This document shows positions 52,204 through 62,182 of a stretch of 64,000 bases of DNA, one piece after another. The number at the start of each line of letters is the position of its first letter. Position 1 is the first letter of the stretch. The notes under the pieces are model-generated. The model saw only the letters and a program-made list of their open reading frames with translations, had not been told where the DNA came from and searched no databases. The position numbers and the translations under genes were made by a program. Source of the stretch: Fimbriimonadaceae bacterium (lineage in GTDB: Bacteria > Armatimonadota > Fimbriimonadia > Fimbriimonadales > Fimbriimonadaceae); the NCBI GenBank assembly GCA_037190145.1, contig JBBCJU010000003.1, forward strand, positions 2,170-66,169. Reading direction: 5' to 3'.

Positions 52204-54306
52204 CTATGGTGGGGGTGGAGAACCACCATTCTGGTTCTGGCGCTGTTGTTGCAGTTGCTGGATGGCGGTTTGAACCTGCTTTCGAAGTTGCTCTGGCAAC
52301 TTTTCCCAAGGTTGAGGATTTGCCTGGTCGTCGTAAACCGGCAGCATAAGGGGCATTTCTTTCCAAAGTCCGGGAGCCACAACTAACCTGAGAGACAACA
52401 TTCGATCCACTCCTGCAGCGTAACCAACCAAGTTAGGAAGTCCGTAGTCTCGCATCATTGAGGGATTGTTCCCTCCTTCTGCTATTACGTGCGCCAGAGT
52501 CCAAGCATTGATGCTTCGCAAGGCCTTTACTTTTCCAGCTTTATCCTTACCATAGGCTACGATGGTATCAGCGTTGATGGATTTGGATGTCAGCTGCGCA
52601 TCGTTAGGGATACCATTGGGAAACGCATCTGTCGGTTCCACTGGTTGATGTGTAAGGCGCGAGCTTAACCGCTCCATTCGTTCTTCACTACGCAATACAC
52701 CTTTGTAGATAATCCGCTCTGCAATCTGCTTCTGAGCTCCGTTCATACCTGCGTACTTGATAGAGCCACCCTTTTCCAAGTCTTGTTGCAGCCGTGGAGT
52801 CAATGATCCGAAGAGGCGCATTCCATCCCAAGACTCAAAATCTAGGTTGCCCATAAGGCTAGGGTCTATTAGTATGGTGAATAGGTCGGCAAGCCCGCCA
52901 CGATTCAGTCGCTTTGACTCAAAAGCGTAAAGCGCGTAGTCTCGGACATCGATCCTTCCCTTGTTAACCAGCGACTTGATCAGTTTAGCCATCGCAGGAC
53001 GAGGCGTAAAATCAGTGGCAGATTCCCATCGATCCACAGGCGTGAACCGATGCAAGACTCCTTCTTCTTCGAGCTGCAACAACCCAGATTTCACCAGGCT
53101 ATTGACGGCTTGGATAGTGCGAATTTTGTTTCCGTTTCCAAAAGCAATTATTGAAAATGCTTCATCGGGGAGAACCGCTATCACGTTTACGCCTTTAAAG
53201 TCCGCGTAAGAGGAGTAAACATCGGAAACTGTCCAGCCAAGTGGTTCCACTTCTCCCACTGAAGTGATCATCTTCAAAAGGTCTGGTGATATCGCATAGT
53301 CTCCATCTCTAGCTCTGATCTCTTGACCAGCACCTACTATTAGCTCTGACTCCGCTGAAAGCTTTACCAAAGGGTCGTTAGGGTCTGGAGCGATTCCATC
53401 TGACATAGCATTCAGATAGTCTCGAGTCGCATTGGGGACATTCATTTGGCAAATCGTGGTCCGGCCAAAGTTTTGAGAGTGCCCATCAAGATTAACTAAG
53501 AAGAGCGCTGCGACTTCTCCTCTGTTAATATCAATATCTGCATCCATTGCGATCTTCTCAGAGTATTGAAGTTGCGTTCTTGGATCGCTTGCCGTCTGAC
53601 CATTGCGATCTTCAGGAAATGGATTCGCTGAAACAGTCTCCTTCCAACTCGCTTGTTCTTTCGCAAACTGAAGTGCTGCGGTTCGAAATGCCGCCTCATT
53701 GATTCTTCCCTGCCGCTTATTGGGACGAAACCTAAAGATTCGTCTCTCATGTGGACCAACTGCGGCCAAATCATTGCGGTCGCATGCCAAAAGGAGTCGC
53801 CGCATCAATCGAGCGGCAGGACCGGTCGCAAAAAGTTGCTGCTGTGTTCTGTAGCGGGCCGTCGCCGCTTGCCTATTATTCTGGACAGACTGTTCAGTAG
53901 GTAAGCGCCTTAGGCCTTCAGCAAGGGAACGCGCGTCAAAAGGTTTTTTAAGCTCCTCCTCTACTTTGGCAAGGGCGCTATCTACTTGCTTTCGACGAAT
54001 CGCAAGATGCTGTTTCCAAATTTCTGTTTTCTGAAGAGGGGTCCGCTCAAGCACGAGGGCACCATCTTTTTCTACCCAAGTACCCAAAACAGCTTTTGCC
54101 AATTCTCCTCGAATCGTCGCTGAATCCGTCTTGTTCATGTGAACAAAGACAATCTCGTGGCCTATATCGCCATCAACGAAGAGGTTCTCTCCAGTCGCTT
54201 TGCTCAGTTGAGAAACAATAGAGCGCAGATTATCCGCACGTGGCCTAAAATCAAGATTGTTGGCACTTGGATTCAAGAGGCAAAGAGCAACGAAGGCGGA
54301 AAACAT
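52204..54306 (-). CDS. Hypothetical large secreted protein with Gln/Pro-rich C-terminal tail
   Basis: 700-aa uninterrupted ORF with a short hydrophobic N-terminus. The C-terminus is QQLQQQRQNQNGGSPPPP. No family recognised. Confidence 0.45.
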   Translation of the reverse strand: MFSAFVALCLLNPSANNLDFRPRADNLRSIVSQLSKATGENLFVDGDIGHEIVFVHMNKTDSATIRGELAKAVLGTWVEKDGALVLERTPLQKTEIWKQHLAIRRKQVDSALAKVEEELKKPFDARSLAEGLRRLPTEQSVQNNRQAATARYRTQQQLFATGPAARLMRRLLLACDRNDLAAVGPHERRIFRFRPNKRQGRINEAAFRTAALQFAKEQASWKETVSANPFPEDRNGQTASDPRTQLQYSEKIAMDADIDINRGEVAALFLVNLDGHSQNFGRTTICQMNVPNATRDYLNAMSDGIAPDPNDPLVKLSAESELIVGAGQEIRARDGDYAISPDLLKMITSVGEVEPLGWTVSDVYSSYADFKGVNVIAVLPDEAFSIIAFGNGNKIRTIQAVNSLVKSGLLQLEEEGVLHRFTPVDRWESATDFTPRPAMAKLIKSLVNKGRIDVRDYALYAFESKRLNRGGLADLFTILIDPSLMGNLDFESWDGMRLFGSLTPRLQQDLEKGGSIKYAGMNGAQKQIAERIIYKGVLRSEERMERLSSRLTHQPVEPTDAFPNGIPNDAQLTSKSINADTIVAYGKDKAGKVKALRSINAWTLAHVIAEGGNNPSMMRDYGLPNLVGYAAGVDRMLSLRLVVAPGLWKEMPLMLPVYDDQANPQPWEKLPEQLRKQVQTAIQQLQQQRQNQNGGSPPPP

Positions 54307-54345
54307 ATTGGAATTCTACAGGCAGTATGAAAAAGACACAACTGG

Positions 54346-54840
54346 CTATAGGTCTACACGTACCTTTCGTCCGTTATAGACGGTGAACTCCAAATAGCTT
54401 TTCATAAATGTAAAAGTGGGATTTTTCAGCCACGTCCCTTCCGGATGACAAGTCCATTTTCCAGGAACGTTCTTTAACTCCTTTTCACTTAACAGCAAGC
54501 GAGGTAGGAGGAGGGCGATCTTCTTTCCTTTCCCGTTAAAAATCTCCATCCCTGCGTAGCAATCGTAGATCGCAAAAGCTGACCCATCGCCGCTAATCAC
54601 TACCTGCTGATGGTGTCCGAAGCCACTCCAGCGTCCCAAATAGATCCGATTGGTCGAACCTTTACGATGAACTGTTAACTTTCCATCATGTAGGACAGTG
54701 ACCTTTACCGTTCCATCAGCAGATTGCGCGATCTGAGGGTCTACTACCATCGCGCACTTGAATGCGCCCGGAGGTGTCAATGAGGCAACCGCTGCCAATA
54801 ACGTTGAAAGCATATGTATTAGGTGTTCCAGAAGGGGCAA
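54346..54840 (-). CDS. Hypothetical secreted protein
   Basis: 164-aa ORF with a hydrophobic N-terminus (MLSTLLAAVASL). It is first in a co-directional three-gene string. Confidence 0.35.
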   Translation of the reverse strand: MPLLEHLIHMLSTLLAAVASLTPPGAFKCAMVVDPQIAQSADGTVKVTVLHDGKLTVHRKGSTNRIYLGRWSGFGHHQQVVISGDGSAFAIYDCYAGMEIFNGKGKKIALLLPRLLLSEKELKNVPGKWTCHPEGTWLKNPTFTFMKSYLEFTVYNGRKVRVDL

Positions 54841-54888
54841 ACAGTTCTATGAAATCCAAACGATTGCGGGTGGCGTATAACTAACATA

Positions 54889-55890
54889 GTGTTTCTCCCC
54901 TTCATCGTTGCTCTTATACAATCGCCAAAGCTGGAACCAGTCTGGAGTAGCCGACTGCAAACTCAAATACAGTCTTACCAAGTTGGCGAGCAGTCCATCT
55001 TTTTTGGCACCAACAATAGCTATGGAGCGATAAGCCAGTCAAACGGCAACAAGGTTTGGGCTAAGTCCATTGTTTTGCCACAGTTGGGTGTTCATATCGT
55101 GGAAGGGGATGGAGTTCTTTACGCAAACATCGGTCAAGGGAGCTTAACTGCTCTGGAAGCAAACTCAGGGAAATCTCTTTGGTCACTGAAAAGGACAGGC
55201 TATGCCAGTCCTATGGGATATGCAAACAAGTTTTTGTATGCCGAGCTTCAGCCCAATAAGCTAACCGCCATATCATCAAACGGTAAACCCGCCTGGACGG
55301 CAGATTTAGAAGGATCGTTATCGACTCGACCCATTCGATACAATCAGTCCATCTTTGCGGGACTGAAGACCGGTCAAGTCCTCGCCTTTCATAAAGACAC
55401 GGGGAAAGCGGTTTGGAGACTCGCCGAAAGAAAGTCGGCCGTAAAATCTCTGATTATTTCAAACGAGCGCTTATTGGCCACCTACGATGATGGAACGATT
55501 CATGGAATCAGCCTTGAGACTGGTCAACGAATGTGGGCCGTCTATACCAACAATGCTCTATTCGGAACCCCGCTCTTAAGGGATGCCCGCCTCTTCGCCG
55601 TCAGTGCCAGTGGACGCTTCTATAGCATTGCCGCCGAAAGTGGGCAAGAGCTTTGGGTTCGCAGTCTAAGCTTCCGACAGAATTTCGGCCTGTCTCAGCC
55701 GATGACTTATCAGGAAGGCTTTCTGATCGCCGACAAATCAAAATTGGTTCACCTAAGTGAATCGGGCGAAAAGGTCTGGGAAGTCGAAACCGGATCTGAA
55801 ATGTTTGGAAACCAGCCAAGAGCGCTTGGAAATGATCTCTTGCTCACAGGTTCACACGAGTTCAGAAGGGTTAAGCTTTTAGCTCCTTAG
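54889..55890 (+). CDS. PQQ-like beta-propeller repeat protein (BamB-like)
   Basis: Recurrent G-x-x-x-W repeats at about 40-aa spacing: GKSLWSL, GKPAWTA, GKAVWRL, GQRMWAV, GQELWVR, GEKVWEV. Confidence 0.7.
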   Translation: MFLPFIVALIQSPKLEPVWSSRLQTQIQSYQVGEQSIFFGTNNSYGAISQSNGNKVWAKSIVLPQLGVHIVEGDGVLYANIGQGSLTALEANSGKSLWSLKRTGYASPMGYANKFLYAELQPNKLTAISSNGKPAWTADLEGSLSTRPIRYNQSIFAGLKTGQVLAFHKDTGKAVWRLAERKSAVKSLIISNERLLATYDDGTIHGISLETGQRMWAVYTNNALFGTPLLRDARLFAVSASGRFYSIAAESGQELWVRSLSFRQNFGLSQPMTYQEGFLIADKSKLVHLSESGEKVWEVETGSEMFGNQPRALGNDLLLTGSHEFRRVKLLAP

Positions 55891-55941
55891 TCTCAAAGAA
55901 TTGAGCCTCAATGTCAGTCCAACTGTAGCTACAATCTTCCC

Positions 55942-56829
55942 ATGCCTAAAACGGTGGTCATCCGCAACGAAAAGAGCGGACGATCACGTCTTGCACAAAC
56001 ATGGCCGCAGATTCGAAGCGACCTCACTTCACGCATTGGCAACTTTGACTACTGGCCTACGACTCACCCTGGTCATGCGACGGAGCTAGCCATTTCTGCC
56101 GTCACTCAAGGATATGAACGCGTCATCGCAGTCGGTGGAGATGGCACGATAACTCAGACTGCCAATGGCATAATCGATCACGATATCATCTTTGGCATCA
56201 TCCCGAGCGGTACGGGTAATGATCTTTGCCGCACCCTTGGATTTGGAGCCTCGACCGAAAAAGCCATAGATGCTATTCAGGTTGGCAAAACCCTTCAAAT
56301 GGATATAGGGCATTGGCATACAGACCAATCAGAAGGCTATTTCCTTAACATTGCTGGAATGGGCTTTGATGCTGCGGTTGCAGATCGCATTAATCAAGGC
56401 TTTCGCAGTCTTCGCGGAACGGCTGCTTATCTTGCCGCGGTTGTAACCACTCTTGTACGATACAAACCCACGGAACTTCGCATTACGATTGATGGTGAGA
56501 TACTTGAAGAAGATATCATGCTCACTGCTATTGCCAATGCCCGAAGCTATGGCGGAGGTATGAAGGTTGCTCCAACTGCCTCAGTTAGCGATGGCCTACT
56601 AGATGTGATCCTCGTAAAAAAACTTCCTAAGCACGACTTTCTCCGTTCCTTTCCTCGCGTGTTTAAGGGAAGCCATCTAGGACATCCCGCAGTAGATCAT
56701 TATCGAGCCCGCTCGGTACGTCTTGAGCCTCGCAGGGATTCTCCCTTCCTAATTGATGGCGAACTCACTCCTTGCCGTTGGGTAGAAATTGAAGTCGTTC
56801 CAGCCGCCCTAAAGATTATTGTCCCATAG
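55942..56829 (+). CDS. Diacylglycerol kinase-family lipid kinase (YegS/DagK-like)
   Basis: IAVGGDGTI, GIIPSGTGND and GGGMKVAP blocks. 295 aa. Confidence 0.85.
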   Translation: MPKTVVIRNEKSGRSRLAQTWPQIRSDLTSRIGNFDYWPTTHPGHATELAISAVTQGYERVIAVGGDGTITQTANGIIDHDIIFGIIPSGTGNDLCRTLGFGASTEKAIDAIQVGKTLQMDIGHWHTDQSEGYFLNIAGMGFDAAVADRINQGFRSLRGTAAYLAAVVTTLVRYKPTELRITIDGEILEEDIMLTAIANARSYGGGMKVAPTASVSDGLLDVILVKKLPKHDFLRSFPRVFKGSHLGHPAVDHYRARSVRLEPRRDSPFLIDGELTPCRWVEIEVVPAALKIIVP

Positions 56830-56893
56830 CTTGAGACCGGCGAATCAATTCAGAGAAGCCGGAAGTTGTGATCACTACCCAGGTTAAATTGCA

Positions 56894-57322
56894 TTGATGA
56901 CAATAAAGTTGCTTAGAAACTCTGCATCCACCTTTACTATTGTGCTGTTGGCAATAGGTTGTGGCTATGGCTGGAAGCCCGCACCTCCAGATGAAGCAAC
57001 CCGAGCTCCGAAAGATGGAACTCCCGTCGTCAAGATAAATCCTGGAGACACAGGTCTCACTGTTTCCGTAAACACGGATTCAGAAATTGAATCCTACGTC
57101 ATTGATCACTTGACGGTTAACGGAGTGGAGCCTTTGGAGATGCCAATCCGTGTGGGTGGGTTACTCCCTGGCATGGCAACTCGAAAGTTTCTGAAAGTGG
57201 ATCCCACCCAATACGACTCCAAACTGGCTTCGCCAGGGCCAAAACCATGGAAGCTCCATCGACGAGTGGTCTGGAAGTCAGGCAAAACAATTGAAGATGA
57301 GCTATCTGGAACCCTTAGATAG
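56894..57322 (+). CDS. Hypothetical lipoprotein
   Basis: Leader FTIVLLAIGC with a lipobox-like Cys. No family recognised. Confidence 0.4.
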   Translation: MMTIKLLRNSASTFTIVLLAIGCGYGWKPAPPDEATRAPKDGTPVVKINPGDTGLTVSVNTDSEIESYVIDHLTVNGVEPLEMPIRVGGLLPGMATRKFLKVDPTQYDSKLASPGPKPWKLHRRVVWKSGKTIEDELSGTLR

Positions 57323-57333
57323 CCCAGCTTTGA

Positions 57334-58374
57334 CTAGGAGAATACAGGCAGTTTGAGTGTTCCACGCTCGTGGCTGGCACGAGTAATGGCTTCATACCAA
57401 TTGAAAATGGGTAAATCTTCTTCCTCTCCCATCTCTTTCTCATAGACCTGCAAGCACAAGTTTTTGAAGTCGTTCGCCACTTCCCTTTTCCATCTCGCTG
57501 ACATCTCTTCGAAGGATTGTTTATATAAGTTGCCTACTTGATAGTGCCGACCAAATCCAAACTGTAACGGAACAACTGCCCCATCTTGCTCGATCACAAG
57601 AGGACTCAGGTGATCGGACAATGGACGATCAGTCGCCGGGATACCACAACTTTCGGCATAGACTCGCCCCGCAGCGTCTTTCAGCAAATCTCGATCCACT
57701 AAGTCGATTCGGATTGCCATTCGATCCCCTATTTCAGCTTGCAAACGTAAAGTCTGTAAGTAAGCAAATGCAGTCTCGACTTCGTCCGGTCTTGCACCTT
57801 CCAATAGCTTCATCCCTCGTCCCACTTCCTCCAAAGGGTGGATTTGAAGCAGCTTTGCCCCTTGCTCCAAAGCAAAGTCGGTCACCCATTTCAGTTCGTG
57901 CAAGTTACTCATTGTAAGGGTGAAGATAAATCCGAACGGGATACCGCTTCTACGCACCCCTTCCAAGTTGGCTGACATCTTCTGAAAAGCAATTGGAGAG
58001 TTCCGCATTCGGTTATGAGATTCGGGAGGCCCATCCAAGCTGATTGCAATCAGATCAGTCACCCCGATCAACTGCTCTAGCCGTTTACCTTCCAAAAGCA
58101 TTCCATTAGAGACCATATTTGTCGCCATGCCAAGTGACTTGGCATGCTCTAGTAGGTAGCGTAGCTGGGGATACAAAATCGGCTCTCCTCCTGAGAACGC
58201 GGCATCGTTATAACCTTCTTCCCTAGCGCCAGAAATAGCGTCCATCAACAGCTCAGCTGGTAGCTGTTGCCGTTGGTCGGGCCCGGATGACGAATAACAG
58301 TGGAGGCACGTGAGATTGCAGAACCGGGTTGGGTGAATCTGAATTGCCTTGAAGACATCGCCAGTCGGGCCCAT
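57334..58374 (-). CDS. Radical SAM enzyme with cysteine-less SPASM-like C-terminal region
   Basis: CNLTCLHC (CxxxCxxC, nt 58297-58320), GGEPILY and ISLDG core motifs. The C-terminal IEQDGAVVPLQF...VGNLYKQSFEEM mimics the SPASM dG-v-PC...GNl pattern but lacks the Cys ligands. Confidence 0.85.
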   Translation of the reverse strand: MGPTGDVFKAIQIHPTRFCNLTCLHCYSSSGPDQRQQLPAELLMDAISGAREEGYNDAAFSGGEPILYPQLRYLLEHAKSLGMATNMVSNGMLLEGKRLEQLIGVTDLIAISLDGPPESHNRMRNSPIAFQKMSANLEGVRRSGIPFGFIFTLTMSNLHELKWVTDFALEQGAKLLQIHPLEEVGRGMKLLEGARPDEVETAFAYLQTLRLQAEIGDRMAIRIDLVDRDLLKDAAGRVYAESCGIPATDRPLSDHLSPLVIEQDGAVVPLQFGFGRHYQVGNLYKQSFEEMSARWKREVANDFKNLCLQVYEKEMGEEEDLPIFNWYEAITRASHERGTLKLPVFS

Positions 58375-58379
58375 GATCT

Positions 58380-58712
58380 TTACCGCCCTCCCGGAGTGGA
58401 GAACCGAATCTCAATGAGCTCGGGATTGATGATTCCTAGAGGGAATCCTTCGACTTTTAGTGGAAGCTTTTCGATCGTTGCGAGTTCTTGAAAGATCTTG
58501 CCAGCGATGTCCGGCTTCACGTGGATTACCCCCGTAACCACATCAATCGCGGGCTTGCCGTATGTCCACCATCCGTGAAGATTGACTCCACTAGCCCGAG
58601 TGACCTTCAGTATTTGCTTTAGTGAAGCTTTCGAAATCTCGCTTGGCTTTCCAAACATTTCATCGGAAAGCATTTCGGATCCTCGAACTGCCGCATGTGT
58701 TGCGTTTGCCAT
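58380..58712 (-). CDS. Unknown 110-aa Cys-free protein, translationally coupled to the radical SAM gene
   Basis: Strong SD (AAAGGAG) 7 nt upstream of the ATG. The stop lies 5 nt before the rSAM ATG, and the rSAM SD (GGGAGGG) lies inside this ORF's last codons. Confidence 0.5.
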   Translation of the reverse strand: MANATHAAVRGSEMLSDEMFGKPSEISKASLKQILKVTRASGVNLHGWWTYGKPAIDVVTGVIHVKPDIAGKIFQELATIEKLPLKVEGFPLGIINPELIEIRFSTPGGR

Positions 58713-59153
58713 GTATTTTTCTCCTTTCGCAGAAATAAAAACTCTCCCTGCAATGGATAAATCATAAAGGCAATCACCCGGTAAACATACGGGGCAATGG
58801 TTAGTAGCATCCCCTAACTTCTGATAGGGGTGGCCAGTTTGGTGCGTATCCTAAGGTTAAGGCACTCTCGTTGTTCTGAGATTGTCTCTCACGCAGACGG
58901 CTAAAAATCTGAATAACACATTTTCCTTAAGGCGCTCCGGAGCACTCAAATATTCCCGCAGGATTTCCGTTAAACCAAACTGATCTTCCCTATCCTCCAA
59001 TCGTTTCAGAAAATGATCCAAGAGTTGTTAAGATTGAGGTCCAAGATGGGTTTTTGGCGACGGTTTTATATATAAATCAACGGGTGACTCTGAATGAATA
59101 CCTCTTCAGATACGGTTTACAAATAGATCAGAAGGTAGTACGATAGTGTTTGG

Positions 59154-60152
59154 ATGGCTCCTAACTGGCAGCCAACAGCCGGGTTTGCAGAAGACGATCA
59201 CATATCACTTGAACGAGCGTGTAATCCAATGAACTATAGATATGTTTGCCTTCATAGGCGTTCTTTTCAGCTCATCTCTGTAGCACTGTTTTCCTTGCAG
59301 TTATCTATAGGGGTTTCCCAAGACTTAGATTCTCTAAAGAAGAAATTGCGGAAAGCGGGGAGTATAAGGACCTCCTCGTTAAGCAGCGAATCATCACGGA
59401 TAACTCGAGAATATCTCCGAAAAGCAAATGCTGCAGAGACACGTCAGGACTACAGCCTCGCACATTACTACTACCAACTTGCCGCAAGTGTTGATGCTAA
59501 AAACAAGGGAATTCATTTAAAGGTTGGGCGTGTTCTTGAACGTCTAGGCAAGTCTCGTGATGCCTACGAGTCATACAAGATTGTGTTCGGTCAAGACGTT
59601 AAGGATTCCAGACCTCGCGACTTGGCTGCTTTTGCTAGATTTGGAGATTTAAGCACAACCTTTGGTAAGACTCAAGAAGCAACGGCGATCTTTGAAGAAA
59701 TTGCAGGTGCTTGGATTCCTCCCAAGGATTTAATCCCAATCCCTATCAGTCCTAATCGAACTTTCGAATCTTTGCGATCACAAGCCTATAGAGTTGTTGC
59801 TCTCGATCTTAGGTTCAAAACAGGAACAGAGGAAGATACTTCCATCGCATATGCAACAAAGGCTGTGGAGATGAGTCCCAAGGAATGGAGTAACCATTAC
59901 TTTAAAGCCGCGATTGAGTATCGATTACGCGACAGAGTAGCTGCTAAAGAGTCAATGGGTAGAGCTCTAACGTTGGCCAAAGGCCGAGATTATGAAAATC
60001 TAAGGGCCGAGTCTAAGCGAATGCGATTAACAACCGGTAGCTCTGGAGTGAAGATGCTGCAAGACGGGAAATACCTGGATTGGAAAGTCGTCATTTACCC
60101 AGACAACACGAAAGTAGAGACCTCGCAGGTGAAGACACTTGTGAAAGGCTAG
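59154..60152 (+). CDS. Hypothetical TPR-like repeat protein
   Basis: Helical repeats with the A-x-x-Y-Y / A-x-x-x-Y pattern (AHYYYQLAASVDAKNKG, SRDAYESYKIVFG). The true start is probably an internal Met that yields a signal-like segment. Confidence 0.45.
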   Translation: MAPNWQPTAGFAEDDHISLERACNPMNYRYVCLHRRSFQLISVALFSLQLSIGVSQDLDSLKKKLRKAGSIRTSSLSSESSRITREYLRKANAAETRQDYSLAHYYYQLAASVDAKNKGIHLKVGRVLERLGKSRDAYESYKIVFGQDVKDSRPRDLAAFARFGDLSTTFGKTQEATAIFEEIAGAWIPPKDLIPIPISPNRTFESLRSQAYRVVALDLRFKTGTEEDTSIAYATKAVEMSPKEWSNHYFKAAIEYRLRDRVAAKESMGRALTLAKGRDYENLRAESKRMRLTTGSSGVKMLQDGKYLDWKVVIYPDNTKVETSQVKTLVKG

Positions 60153-60158
60153 AAGAGT

Positions 60159-60190
60159 AAAGGGACGACGGCATATCCCGTCGTCCCTTT
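60159..60190. terminator. Bidirectional intrinsic terminator between the TPR gene and clpX
   Basis: Perfect 13-bp stem AAAGGGACGACGG/CCGTCGTCCCTTT with a 6-nt loop. The A/T-tracts are built into both arms. It sits between convergent stops. Confidence 0.75.
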
Positions 60191-60206
60191 ACGTCTAAGC
60201 TCTAGA

Positions 60207-61514
60207 TTAGGAAGCTCTTCGAATTTCTTCTTCTGTCATCAAGATGGGATCAATTCCCCTCTCGATAACTCCTTCCGGCACTAGAACTCGTCTGACGCCT
60301 TCAGCAGTTGGCACCTCGTACATGACATCCATCATGATCTGCTCTATGATGGCTCTCAGGGCACGGGCACCGGTCTTTCGCTTCATTGCTTCGCGAGCGA
60401 TCTCATGCAGAGCGCCTGGCTCAACGATCAGCTCTACGTCGTCAAGCTCAAAGAACTTTGCGTATTGCTTGAGAATCGCATTCTTGGGTTGGCTAAGAAT
60501 ATTGATTAGCGCATCCTCATCCAACAAGTCCAAAGTAGCGATGACGGGAAGTCGGCCAATGAACTCTGGAATTAAACCGTACTTGAGAAGATCATCTGGC
60601 ATCAACCTTCGCACTATATTCGGGTCCAGTTCATCTTTGGATTGCGGATTAGCTCGGAAACCCATCACATTCTCCTTCATCCGCCGCTTGATAATATCTT
60701 CGATTCCTTCGAAGGCACCACCGCAGATAAAGAGGATGTTGGAGGTATCAATCTGAAGATACTCCTGCTGAGGATGCTTGCGCCCTCCTTGGGGAGGAAC
60801 ATTGGCATGAGTGCCTTCAAGAATCTTCAGCAGAGCTTGCTGAACACCTTCCCCACTTACATCTCGAGTAATGGATGGGTTATCGCTCTTACGACCGATC
60901 TTATCGATTTCGTCAACATAGATGATGCCGCGCTCACATGCCTTCTTCGGATCTCTAGGATCAACCGCCTCGGCCGCCTGCCAAAGCTTTAGAAGGATGT
61001 TTTCAACATCTTCTCCAACGTATCCCGCCTCAGTCAATGCCGTGGCATCGGCAATGGCAAACGGAACATTGAGCATTCTCGCCAACGTCTGGGCTAACAG
61101 GGTTTTTCCAGAGCCTGTAGGACCCACCATGAGGATGTTGCTCTTTTGGAGCTCCACATCATCATCTCGGAATGGCGAATCAGTAATTCGCTTGTAATGG
61201 TTATAGACCGCTACCGCCAAAGCTTTCTTGGCGTGGTTCTGCCCAATTACGTAATTGTCCAAATGACGGACGATTTCGGCTGGCTTAGGAACCTTGCCAC
61301 CGGTATGGGTAGTCACTGGAGGACGGACCGATGCTTGCGGTGCGGCAGCTGCCACGTTGTCCTTCTTATCCGGATCGTTATGCAATATATCGTTGCATAG
61401 GTCGATACAGTCTGAACACACCGCTCCATGCAAGCCTACAATGAGCTTTCTTACCTGCTCTTTGGTCTTGCCGCATAGGCAGCATTGATCACGTCTTTCC
61501 AATGTTCTAGCCAT
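60207..61514 (-). CDS. clpX: ATP-dependent Clp protease ATP-binding subunit ClpX
   Basis: N-terminal zinc-binding CCLCGK...CSDCIDLC, Walker [16 protein letters not shown] and IIYVDEIDK (Walker B). Confidence 0.95.
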   Translation of the reverse strand: MARTLERRDQCCLCGKTKEQVRKLIVGLHGAVCSDCIDLCNDILHNDPDKKDNVAAAAPQASVRPPVTTHTGGKVPKPAEIVRHLDNYVIGQNHAKKALAVAVYNHYKRITDSPFRDDDVELQKSNILMVGPTGSGKTLLAQTLARMLNVPFAIADATALTEAGYVGEDVENILLKLWQAAEAVDPRDPKKACERGIIYVDEIDKIGRKSDNPSITRDVSGEGVQQALLKILEGTHANVPPQGGRKHPQQEYLQIDTSNILFICGGAFEGIEDIIKRRMKENVMGFRANPQSKDELDPNIVRRLMPDDLLKYGLIPEFIGRLPVIATLDLLDEDALINILSQPKNAILKQYAKFFELDDVELIVEPGALHEIAREAMKRKTGARALRAIIEQIMMDVMYEVPTAEGVRRVLVPEGVIERGIDPILMTEEEIRRAS

Positions 61515-61534
61515 TCACACTCCAGATACTTGCT

Positions 61535-62119
61535 TTATCGTACGCCAGGTTCAACAACTCGGTCAACCAGACCGTACGCTGCCGCTTCAGCAGAGGAAAG
61601 CCAATGATCGCGATCACAGTCCTTTCTAACCTTCTCTTCGGGTTGCCCCGTATCGTTGCTTAGAAGCCCCATGAGCGTGTCCATCAGTTTGTTGGTTTCC
61701 GCCACCTGTACATTAATATCGGCGGCAGTTCCTCGAAACCCACTAGAAACCTGGTGAATCATTACACGAGCATGTTTTAGCGATGACCTTTTGCCCTTTG
61801 CTCCTCCCGCAAGAAGAACCGCTCCCATAGAGGCAGCAACTCCAACGCAGGTAGTAGCAACGTCGCATTTGATCAATTGCATCGTGTCGTAAATGGCAAG
61901 TCCGGCATAAACCGAGCCACCCGGCGAGTTGATATACAACTCGACATCTTTATCAGGATCTTCCTTCTCAAGAAAGAGAAGTTGGGCCACGATGAGGTTG
62001 GCGTAGTAATCGTCGACCTCCGTACCCAAGTAAACGATGCGATCCTTAAGAAGCCTCGACCAAAGATCGTAACTCCTTTCTCCGCGCGAAGTCTGTTCGA
62101 TAACGTACGGTATGCCCAC
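61535..62119 (-). CDS. clpP: ATP-dependent Clp protease proteolytic subunit
   Basis: [14 protein letters not shown] (catalytic Ser) and RVMIHQ (catalytic His). 194 aa. Confidence 0.95.
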   Translation of the reverse strand: MGIPYVIEQTSRGERSYDLWSRLLKDRIVYLGTEVDDYYANLIVAQLLFLEKEDPDKDVELYINSPGGSVYAGLAIYDTMQLIKCDVATTCVGVAASMGAVLLAGGAKGKRSSLKHARVMIHQVSSGFRGTAADINVQVAETNKLMDTLMGLLSNDTGQPEEKVRKDCDRDHWLSSAEAAAYGLVDRVVEPGVR

Positions 62120-62182
62120 TTTTTCCTCCTGTTAGGTGGCCCTGATTTTATTCAAAACGTCGCCTATCGGCGGGACCTTTCT

